Of a DNA stretch of 64,000 bases, positions 52,204 to 60,054 are shown one piece after another. The notes under the pieces are model-generated. The model did no database searches. It saw only the letters and a program-made list of their open reading frames with translations, and was not told where the DNA came from. This DNA comes from an uncultured virus (IMG/VR IMGVR_UViG_3300028887_000111) (taxonomy: Duplodnaviria > Heunggongvirae > Uroviricota > Caudoviricetes): the IMG/VR virus record IMGVR_UViG_3300028887_000111, positions 1-64,000 of that record. One strand, given 5' to 3'. Position numbers and translations under genes: made by a program. The stretch's first letter is position 1. Every line of letters starts with the position of its first letter.

Positions 52204-53169
52204 TCATCGGAACTGCCCCCCTATAGTGACATCGTTAGATGTATAGATAGGCTGATTGCAAATAATGCCGTAATTAGGGAAGTCATTGCGTGTCTCATAC
52301 AGCTCATTCCATAGTTCTTCTTCCTCTGAGAGTGTGCCGTTATTAGCCATCTCATCAAGTGCCTTACCAGCAGCATCAGATGTGAGAATATACTTCTCAT
52401 TCACATCAAAGTCAAGAACATGGAATAAACGTATGCCCGTATCAAATGCCTGTGGAAACTCAAACTTACCAGTGTCTACATCCTTGCGTATACTTACAGC
52501 AAATACGCGTTCCCGGTTCTGAGGTATGCCACAATCCTTTGCATTGACTATCTGCCAATAAGTGTTATAACCAATCTCACTGAGATAATCGCACCACTCA
52601 TTAAACTGTGGCTTAAATCTCTGTGATACAAGATTCTTTACATTTTCAAGAAGTAAGAACTTCGGCAGAGTGTCTGTCTCTTTAGCCTTTGCGAGTAAGC
52701 GTTCTACTTCATAAAGCAAACCGCTTCGTGTCTTACCACGTTCAATGCCCTGAATCTGACCAGCGATGCTGATGTCGGTGCATGGGAACGAGTATGTTAC
52801 AAAGTCTGCATAAGGCAATTCTTCTATCTTTGATATGTCTCCCATATTCTTAGAAAGAACTGATGCCAGATAATACTTCTTTAAGTCTGCACTGTTGCGT
52901 TTCTTCTGCCAGTCATAAGCCTTGTTCTTCTCAAAGACATAGCCAATGTTACGACTTTCAAGGTACTCCACCATTTCATCTACGGGCGGATAATCATAGT
53001 TCTCAATAAGTTCTGGTGTAAGTCCACAGTGAACGGCAGCGTAGCTCACGATTGCATCTTTGTCAATCTCTGATGTTGCTATTACCTCAGTGTCAAATAA
53101 ACCAGAGTTTTTAAATCCTCTGATCTGAGCACCTATGCCAGAAAATAATTCAATCATTGTCAACTTCAA
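52204..53169 (-). CDS. C5 cytosine methyltransferase N-terminal subunit (motifs I-VIII), ending just after a G6 tract
   Basis: FSGIG, SFPC, LENV, QNRERVF; lacks motifs IX-X. Confidence 0.92.
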   Translation of the reverse strand: MKLTMIELFSGIGAQIRGFKNSGLFDTEVIATSEIDKDAIVSYAAVHCGLTPELIENYDYPPVDEMVEYLESRNIGYVFEKNKAYDWQKKRNSADLKKYYLASVLSKNMGDISKIEELPYADFVTYSFPCTDISIAGQIQGIERGKTRSGLLYEVERLLAKAKETDTLPKFLLLENVKNLVSQRFKPQFNEWCDYLSEIGYNTYWQIVNAKDCGIPQNRERVFAVSIRKDVDTGKFEFPQAFDTGIRLFHVLDFDVNEKYILTSDAAGKALDEMANNGTLSEEEELWNELYETRNDFPNYGIICNQPIYTSNDVTIGGQFR

Positions 53170-53255
53170 TTAAATTCCTCCTTGTTTCTAATTTGTTACT
53201 CTGTCAGTCAATAAAAGTAAAGTTTTATTGGATAAATAGAGCCACTTTTCGGCTA

Positions 53256-54119
53256 TTATACGTTACCCAATCCCTTTAAAATATGAGCGATTACATCAAC
53301 TGTCCAACCATTACCTATGGCTGTGTATCTTGCTGTGTTTGAAACGCAGCTCGTATACTCATCTGGCAGCGTTTGTAATCTTTCATATTCAAGAGGTGTG
53401 AGTTTTCTTGCTCTGCCATTATCCATTACTTTCTTTTGAGTATTACCACCGCCACAAGTTGTAAGAGTATGGCACTTAAAAGCAGGATTAAAAATTCTTT
53501 TGTGAATATCGTGATTTTTAAAATCCATTATCGCACACACTTGTTTACTCATATCAATATTCGTCAACGGATAATTGTAGAAAAAATTTTCGTCAACATT
53601 CGTTTCCATAATATCTGCAAGAACCTTATTAGATTTCTCATACATCATATCTACAGGTATATTTGTCCAATAATAGCGAGGTCTACTTTGAGCAGAGAAA
53701 TCTGCACTATCTATGAAGATTGGCTCACAGCCTAAACATTCAGATATAACCTGTTTGCATTCATCCTTCATACTTGCCACATTTTCAAACAAGAAATATC
53801 TTGGCTTCATTTCTTCAAAAGCCCTTACAAACTCAAAAAATAATTTGCTTTTACCATCAAGATTCTGTCTTGTCTTACTCTGTACGATGCTCAAAGACTG
53901 ACACGGACTACCGCCAATAAGTAAATCAAAATTTGCGTACTCTCTAAAATCCGCTGTTGTAACATCTCCTTTGTGCTCAATCTGAGGATAATTTTTTTCG
54001 CTTACTTTTATAGCGTTTGGCTCAATTTCATATGCAACATATTTTTCTACTGGAATGCCCGCCCTTTCAAGTGCCACCATTCCACAACTTATGCCGTCAA
54101 AAAGACTTAATACTTTCAT
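53256..54119 (-). CDS. C5 cytosine methyltransferase (single chain)
   Basis: FDGI, GGSPCQ, FENV, QSRPR, RKLTPLEYERLQ, GNGW. Confidence 0.93.
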   Translation of the reverse strand: MKVLSLFDGISCGMVALERAGIPVEKYVAYEIEPNAIKVSEKNYPQIEHKGDVTTADFREYANFDLLIGGSPCQSLSIVQSKTRQNLDGKSKLFFEFVRAFEEMKPRYFLFENVASMKDECKQVISECLGCEPIFIDSADFSAQSRPRYYWTNIPVDMMYEKSNKVLADIMETNVDENFFYNYPLTNIDMSKQVCAIMDFKNHDIHKRIFNPAFKCHTLTTCGGGNTQKKVMDNGRARKLTPLEYERLQTLPDEYTSCVSNTARYTAIGNGWTVDVIAHILKGLGNV

Positions 54120-54206
54120 TTTTCTCTCCTTATCACTAATTTATTATTTTGCAATCACATAAAAGAACCGTTTTATTCAGTTTTGACCTACGTAGAATAG
54201 GCAAAT

Positions 54207-54944
54207 TCAGACTGCTTCGATTCTGTTTTTTGCAATCTCAAAATATTTTTCATTAAGCTCCATACCGATGAAGTCTCTGTTAAGACTTTTAGCCGCCACA
54301 CCAGTTGAACCACTTCCCATAACGCAATCCAAAACCAAGTCACCTTCTCTTGTGTAAGTTTTAATAAGATATTCAAGTAAGGCTACTGGCTTCTGTGTGG
54401 GGTGAAATCCGCCTTTATCTCTTGTGAACTTCTGTATTGTCTTAGGGTGACGCTTGCCGTCCTTATTGTCTGTTACAATAGTTCCTAAACCGCCTTTCCA
54501 GTTGTCGCTCATTCTGCCCGACTTCTGGCAATACGGTGTACCATCTGTCTTTTGAGGAAAATACTTCATAGGTGTTCTTGTGCCATTTGTTACTCTGCCC
54601 TTGCCAAAGATGAACACGAACTCGTGTATTCTGAATGGTTGAAGATTCACATTAGGAGCATTTGTTCCATTGTCTTTCTCCCATACCCAATCATATTTGT
54701 AGAGGTGTGGCATAAGATTGAACAACTGTACTCCAAACCTGAACGTGCCTGTAAGAGCAATACAACCGTCCTCTCTAATCAGACGTTCAAACTCGTGGCA
54801 CACTCTTTCTAAATCGAATGACCTATCCCATTTATTGCCTGTCTCCTTATAGGGGAGGTCACAAAGGATTAAATCTACGCTGTTGTCGGGCAAATCTTTG
54901 AGATGCTCAAAGCAGTCGCCTTGAAATAACTGTATATTACTCAT
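54207..54944 (-). CDS. N6-adenine/N4-cytosine DNA methyltransferase, paralogue of 48424-49170
   Basis: DLPY, HPTQKP, MGSGSTG; start MSNIQ after AAAGGA. Confidence 0.93.
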   Translation of the reverse strand: MSNIQLFQGDCFEHLKDLPDNSVDLILCDLPYKETGNKWDRSFDLERVCHEFERLIREDGCIALTGTFRFGVQLFNLMPHLYKYDWVWEKDNGTNAPNVNLQPFRIHEFVFIFGKGRVTNGTRTPMKYFPQKTDGTPYCQKSGRMSDNWKGGLGTIVTDNKDGKRHPKTIQKFTRDKGGFHPTQKPVALLEYLIKTYTREGDLVLDCVMGSGSTGVAAKSLNRDFIGMELNEKYFEIAKNRIEAV

Positions 54945-55007
54945 TACATCTTCCTTTCGCATAAAAGATTTATTTTATCCAGTTTTTATAGCCTGTTTTT
55001 GGCTATT

Positions 55008-55553
55008 TTACGTTAGTGATTTTTCATATTTGTGCAGCTCTCGCATCTCCAATTTGCTCGGAAGGAAGTCTCTGCAAAAATATGCCGATCCAAAGTGGTT
55101 GCCCTTAGTGTATGTAGTCATATTGCCATTAGTGTGATAATCTATTCTTGCATCAAAGCACAACATCTGAATCTCGTTTTGAAATATTTTAAACCGCTTC
55201 TTGCCCTGTATACTATTGCAAGGCAGAAGGATTGCAAAAGGTTTACCGAGTTCAAAAGCTCTCTGCAACACATCGTCCTTTTTACTAAAAGGCGGATTGC
55301 TTATCATTATGTCCCACTTCTCAGGTTCATAATTGAAGAAGTCTTGACCTTCAGCAAGAGAACTTCTAACTACGTCATACCCCCCCCGCTTGAATGTCTG
55401 GTAGAACGCCGACCATTCCTCGTCAAACGGACACCAAATCGTCTTATCTTTTGGGATAAACTCAAGCAGAGGATCAACCGCATAGTAGGGAGTGTATACT
55501 TCATCTCCTGCCGCCGTGCGGTCACAAGTTAAATACCCAACATTTAAAGGCAT
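55008..55553 (-). CDS. Short adenine-methyltransferase-like protein with an in-frame G8 tract
   Basis: DEVYTP, IWCPFD, SNPPFS. Confidence 0.8.
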   Translation of the reverse strand: MPLNVGYLTCDRTAAGDEVYTPYYAVDPLLEFIPKDKTIWCPFDEEWSAFYQTFKRGGYDVVRSSLAEGQDFFNYEPEKWDIMISNPPFSKKDDVLQRAFELGKPFAILLPCNSIQGKKRFKIFQNEIQMLCFDARIDYHTNGNMTTYTKGNHFGSAYFCRDFLPSKLEMRELHKYEKSLT

Positions 55554-55590
55554 TTTAATCTCTCCTCTCTAATCTAATAAAAGGCATATT

Positions 55591-56284
55591 TCAAGTTTTG
55601 TATGGTTCTGGAAGGAAACGCCATGCTACAACGTGAGTATATTGTTTTAATCCTACCCAACGATATACATCAGACTCATCTCCGAGAATAGGAGAATAAT
55701 TAGTCCAATACCCAATTTGTATTTCGCCACTGTCATCTGTAACAAGATAATGTTCACGTTCAGGCGGTGGAGAACCTATATACCACATATCTCTCATCTT
55801 TTTCACCTCACATAAAAGACACGTTTCATTCGTTCAATACTCGTCAATATCTTCATCGGTAAAATGGCTATACAAAAATCTGATTTCTGCAATAGTTAAT
55901 ATTATTAGCCTTTCCGAATCATCGGTATAGTCGTTATAACTGTGTGCTGAGCGGTCTTTCTTATCCGCTATCAGCTTATCAACTATGCTCTCCATTAGTT
56001 TTGTTTCTTCATCAGTCATTCTGTTCACCGTCCCTTTTCTTCCTAAAAACTATCTCATATTCTGAGTTAGGATAACTAATAGTTCTCTCTAAGCTCTGAC
56101 CACTTTCAAGTTCTGTTTCTTCTGCGGCTTCTTCATACTGCTCTTGCAACCATGCATAAAAAGCGGCAACAACTTCATCGGTAACATCAGATTTATTTAT
56201 CCAACGCTTTTTATCCTTGGTGAGTGTTCCAGCGTATATAGTACCCGCAAAGCCTATACCAACATGATATTCAGCCATTTTCAT
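55591..56284 (-). CDS. Three small hypothetical proteins (55591-55797 DUF551-like, 55834-56028, 56012-56284)
   Basis: VVAWRFLPEPY in the first; RBSs; bounded by repeat sites. Confidence 0.55.
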
Positions 56285-56312
56285 TTCCTCCTAACTGTTT
56301 GAAATTCGTCTT

Positions 56313-57449
56313 TCAAACAACCTTGATGCCAGTAATTTCTTCAAACACACTTGCATCAAAATTAGGAATATCCTTGACTGCAACTCTTTCATCTTCTGTC
56401 ATATTATCCCACATAATACCACAAGCTGTTTTGAAATCAACCGATTTGAGATAACCGCCAGTTGTTTCGTGTTCAGGATGTGCTTCTTTTTCTTCCGCCG
56501 TCATATTCTCACTGTAAATCCACCAGTCGTTCTCATACTTCCAATCCATAGCTCTTACAGCTAAGTTGCTATTAAAAGCATTTCTGTCAATATCTAATGG
56601 CTTGTTGAAAGCGCATAACGGTTGCTCAATTGAATTAAAAAAGCCAGTAGAGAAATCACCGCTGTTCCAATCACCGCTGTTCCAATTGCCGCTGTTGCAA
56701 TTACCGCTGTTGTAATCACCGCTGTTGCGATTGCCGCTGTTCCAATTACCGCTGTTGTAATCACCGCTGTTGTAATCACCGCTGTTGCAATTACCGCTGT
56801 TGTAATCACCGCTGTTGCGATTACCGCTGTTGTAATCACCGCTGTTGTAATCACCGCTGTTGCAATTACCGCTGTTGCAATTACCGCTGTTGTAATCACC
56901 GCTGTTGCAATTACCGCTGTTGCAATTACCGCTGTTGTAATCACCGCTGTTGCGATTACCGCTGTTGCAATTACCGCTGTTGTAATCACCGCTGTTGTAA
57001 TCACCGCTGTTGCAATTACCGCTGTTGTAATCACCGCTGTTGCGATTACCGCTGTTGCAATTACCGCTGTTGTAATCACCGCTGTTGCGATTACCGCTGT
57101 TGCAATTACCGCTGTTGCGATTACCGCTGTTGCGATTGCCCGTACAGTCCTTTCCTGTATTGGCTAAATCAAGAACCTCGTGCCAAGTAAGCTCCCTTAA
57201 AATTACGATTTCATCTGTGACGGATTTATCGCCTTTAGTCTCAACATTACCGATAGCTTCGACTTCTGCAACCTTATTGTTGCTGTTAAAGCCGTAATAA
57301 TTGAAGCAATCTGAGACCTTCCGGCAGAAGTGAAATCCTGCACCACACATCTCAATATTGCCATCGTGCTTGAAAGTTTTGCCAACCTCGTACTGAAAAC
57401 CTCTGCAAGTCCAGTCAGGGTTGAACACTTTGTAGCCTTTAATACTCAC
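56313..57449 (-). CDS. Pentapeptide-repeat protein
   Basis: 32 (N/D)xNSG repeats between globular N- and C-terminal domains. Confidence 0.85.
   Translation of the reverse strand: MSIKGYKVFNPDWTCRGFQYEVGKTFKHDGNIEMCGAGFHFCRKVSDCFNYYGFNSNNKVAEVEAIGNVETKGDKSVTDEIVILRELTWHEVLDLANTGKDCTGNRNSGNRNSGNCNSGNRNSGDYNSGNCNSGNRNSGDYNSGNCNSGDYNSGDYNSGNCNSGNRNSGDYNSGNCNSGNCNSGDYNSGNCNSGNCNSGDYNSGDYNSGNRNSGDYNSGNCNSGDYNSGDYNSGNWNSGNRNSGDYNSGNCNSGNWNSGDWNSGDFSTGFFNSIEQPLCAFNKPLDIDRNAFNSNLAVRAMDWKYENDWWIYSENMTAEEKEAHPEHETTGGYLKSVDFKTACGIMWDNMTEDERVAVKDIPNFDASVFEEITGIKVV
56658..57137. repeat. 15-bp tandem repeat, about 32 units
   Basis: ACCGCTGTTG(CAATT/TAATC/CGATT) units. Confidence 0.95.
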
Positions 57450-57517
57450 TATTATTCCTCCTTAAAACTCAACTTTTATTTGGTTAATCATTACCGCTAA
57501 TTTGTTGTCTTGTAAAT

Positions 57518-58600
57518 TTAAAACAAAGCACAGCCTTGCCTCTTAAAGTCTGCTACTGCATTATCCCATGCCTCATTATCTAAGCAACAAAGTTCTTTCA
57601 GATGCTTCTTGCAGTAAATCTTGCTTGTTCCTCTGCCGAGAAGTTTCAGATTCATTGCAAGCACATCATTCTGTCTTACGTTCCTACCGCACACTTCGCA
57701 AGTCTTGTTGAAGTATTGCAAAGCCGTATCATAGTTGTCAAGTCCTTTGTGCTCCATAAACTCTGTCACAACTTCTTCTGTTGGTTCTGGTCTAAGTAAA
57801 CCACCATTCCAAGCTCCGTTTACATATTCGTCTATAGTGCAATTCAGCTTAGTCCAGCGATTCTCCTGCGCAAAGACTTTGCGCAGGATGCTGCGCCATC
57901 GGTCATACGCCATGCGATACCAATACTTATCTAATACCCAAGTGTACTTGGTGTAATACGGGCAAGCCACTGAACACCCAACTCTACTATATCCCTTACG
58001 GTATTTAGGATTTATTTCAATGCCGTTTTTAAGAATATAGAGCCATATGTCAAGCTCACTCCACTTTCTTATAGGCAAGCAACTAAACCAATCACGATCT
58101 CCCCACTTTGGATTGTGCGATATATCCTGTCGGTCTGCTCTCTGCGCTGATTCGTCATTTCTCACGCCCATAAAGAAAAGCATCTGTGGTTCACTATCAA
58201 AGTATTCTATGCTCTTACCTTCCTTGAATACTGTACAGCAACCACGGCTGAATCTTGTGGGAATGAAATGCTCTTTGAAGATGTATTTGTAGAACCCAAT
58301 GTCGGGATTGATAATTGTCCAGTCTTTATGAGCTTTTACCATTTTATAGGTATCGCCTGTATCAAGAGTAGTGTTATTGAAGTGAACACCCACATCAGGT
58401 AAAACACGAGTTACCAAATCAAGAGTTACCATGCTGTCTTTACCTGTAGATGTAAATACTACTTTCTTGTGATTCGGATAGTCCTGTATCGCCTTGTTGA
58501 TAACGCTCATTGAGTCTGCAATTCTGTCATCAAGTTCCCCACTGAGCCTTGCTATGGTCTGCTGCCAAGTCTCAAATTGTTGCGAAAGTTTGATTTTATT
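57518..58600 (-). CDS. PAPS-reductase-family (PP-loop) protein, body; its 5' part is on the inverted segment
   Basis: STGKDS, CCTVFK, GVRNDES..R, RVGC..CP; frame is open up to the inverted repeat. Confidence 0.88.
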   Translation of the reverse strand, partial: NKIKLSQQFETWQQTIARLSGELDDRIADSMSVINKAIQDYPNHKKVVFTSTGKDSMVTLDLVTRVLPDVGVHFNNTTLDTGDTYKMVKAHKDWTIINPDIGFYKYIFKEHFIPTRFSRGCCTVFKEGKSIEYFDSEPQMLFFMGVRNDESAQRADRQDISHNPKWGDRDWFSCLPIRKWSELDIWLYILKNGIEINPKYRKGYSRVGCSVACPYYTKYTWVLDKYWYRMAYDRWRSILRKVFAQENRWTKLNCTIDEYVNGAWNGGLLRPEPTEEVVTEFMEHKGLDNYDTALQYFNKTCEVCGRNVRQNDVLAMNLKLLGRGTSKIYCKKHLKELCCLDNEAWDNAVADFKRQGCALF

Positions 58601-58855
58601 GCCAATTTAGCAACGTAGAATAGGCATTTCCCAGTGAAAGGAGAATGATAATGCAACCCATCTTCAAAGAGATGATTCAAATGTGGAGCGATTTAGGTTA
58701 TCCTCTGCTGATAGAGGAAGGCAAGTATTGGCTTGAAAACCACTTCGTCTGCGGATTTACAGCCGATGGTGAACTTCACAAGCTGTATAAATACAAGGTG
58801 GCAGACGATTTAAGCATTGAGATAACGCCTTACAAGTCGAATAAAATCAAACTTT
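58585..58855. other. Invertible segment carrying the RBS and first 70 codons of the PAPS-reductase-family gene (OFF orientation)
   Basis: 16-bp inverted repeats AAAGTTTGATTTTATT (58585-58600) and AATAAAATCAAACTTT (58840-58855); inversion gives an in-frame fusion. Confidence 0.85.
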
Positions 58856-59162
58856 AATGTCTTGTCTTTACATCAGAAAAGTCAAACTTAGGTTTATTCT
58901 TTAATTTCTCGTTGCATTCATCAATGGCTTTGTGTAGATCGGACTTCCTACCCCATTCAATATACCCTGCAATATTTGTGATAAGATAGAATATATACAT
59001 TACTACCATAGGAATATTCATAGTGCCGAGAAAGTTTACTCCCAACCACGCTATGTTCCCTAATATCCATATCCACCAGCCAGAGCGTTTCTTATGGGCG
59101 ATAAGTACATTACCGCCCAAGCTGAATACGCTGCCGAGAATTGAAAATATTAAGACTATCAC
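58854..59162 (-). CDS. PnuC-like small membrane protein
   Basis: Three hydrophobic helices, GW..W...N and GY..W patterns. Confidence 0.6.
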   Translation of the reverse strand: MIVLIFSILGSVFSLGGNVLIAHKKRSGWWIWILGNIAWLGVNFLGTMNIPMVVMYIFYLITNIAGYIEWGRKSDLHKAIDECNEKLKNKPKFDFSDVKTRH

Positions 59163-59983
59163 TTCTTGTTATCCTCTGCGATTATCTCTTTTGCAAGCTT
59201 CTGAGCTGCTTCTTCAAAGGCAATTTCTTTAGCTCTCTTGCGGAGAAGATAACGCTCGTGTCTTGCCTTACGACGCTCAACGTGCCATGCTTCGTGTTCC
59301 TGTTTTTCTTCTACTGTATTAAGAACCTTGCCACAGTAGATACAAGTGCGTGATAATTCATCTTCACATCTATTCAATTTGACAGCTTCGGCGTATGCTT
59401 TGTAAAAATTACCTCCACAAATTGCATTCGCAAGAGCTTCAAGAACACCCTGTCTTTCATCATAATCTGCCTTATCACAAGTTGCAGAACCCTTAACGGT
59501 AGTGACCTTATCAAAAACATTGCCACTAAGCAACTCAATATTTGTTGTCATTGTCGGGATAGTGCCGTTGCAACTCTTATCCACTCTCGTTCCTTCTGTT
59601 ACATAAAATGTAAATTTCATTGAATTTTTACCTCCATTTTTTGCCGATATACCGTCGTTTGAAAATGCGTTAAAATGTTCTGCTAACTCTTTATTTAATC
59701 TCTCTGCATATTCTTCGGCTTGTTTTTCATTAAACACATACTCCACATTCGGGAATAACACGGATCTAATAGCTACTGGTTCAAGCGTATCTCCCCTACA
59801 CCACCAACCATGATTATTTTGGCAAAGACCACCGCAGCTATGTTTATAACCACTTTCTTCAAAATCAACTGCATAATCACCACCTGAAGAAATGCCACGA
59901 ATAATGCCTACTTCACCAACTTCGACATTATCAATGTCTCTTTGAACTACATAACGCACTCTGTCTCCAACTTTAAACTCCAT
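59159..59983 (-). CDS. Hypothetical protein (SH3/KOW-like N-terminus, C2H2-like motif)
   Basis: FKVGDRV; CxxC...HxxxH; AAGGAG RBS. Confidence 0.55.
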   Translation of the reverse strand: MEFKVGDRVRYVVQRDIDNVEVGEVGIIRGISSGGDYAVDFEESGYKHSCGGLCQNNHGWWCRGDTLEPVAIRSVLFPNVEYVFNEKQAEEYAERLNKELAEHFNAFSNDGISAKNGGKNSMKFTFYVTEGTRVDKSCNGTIPTMTTNIELLSGNVFDKVTTVKGSATCDKADYDERQGVLEALANAICGGNFYKAYAEAVKLNRCEDELSRTCIYCGKVLNTVEEKQEHEAWHVERRKARHERYLLRKRAKEIAFEEAAQKLAKEIIAEDNKK

Positions 59984-60011
59984 ATTAACACTCCTTTTAG
60001 ACTTTAAAATG

Positions 60012-60048
60012 TAAAAAAATACCAGAGGGCGAGTTGCCTTACCCTCTG
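60012..60048 (-). terminator. Intrinsic terminator downstream of dnaE
   Basis: CAGAGGG...CCCTCTG followed by GTATTTTTTT on the minus strand. Confidence 0.7.
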
Positions 60049-60054
60049 ATTACT

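Larger units (their letters stand above)
47141..58858. repeat. 13 dispersed 18-bp pseudo-palindromes (approximately WTRAAA-N6-TTTYAW), putative recombination sites
   Basis: Start positions 47141, 49186, 49585, 50516, 53211, 54159, 54961, 55577, 55812, 56299, 57462, 58582, 58841. Confidence 0.85.

Noticed and set aside
50626..52221. Poly-G frameshifts as mere homopolymer sequencing errors in one long gene
   Set aside because: Errors could alter individual ON/OFF calls, but even with every tract corrected the modules keep separate starts and stops, and errors do not explain one tract per module
56594..57079. Alternative-frame ORF of (ITTAV/IATAV)n repeats
   Set aside because: By-product of the tandem repeat; no RBS
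56658..57137. CRISPR array
   Set aside because: Contiguous 15-bp units with no spacers, in frame within a protein, and no cas genes
58645..58857. Independent plus-strand gene
   Set aside because: Better explained as the inverted 5' end of the PAPS-reductase-family gene
47141..58858. The 18-bp sites as XerCD dif sites, classical attC sites or terminators
   Set aside because: The arms are short and A/T-only, with no dif-like 11-bp arms, no GTTRRRY core or long attC hairpin, and no GC stem
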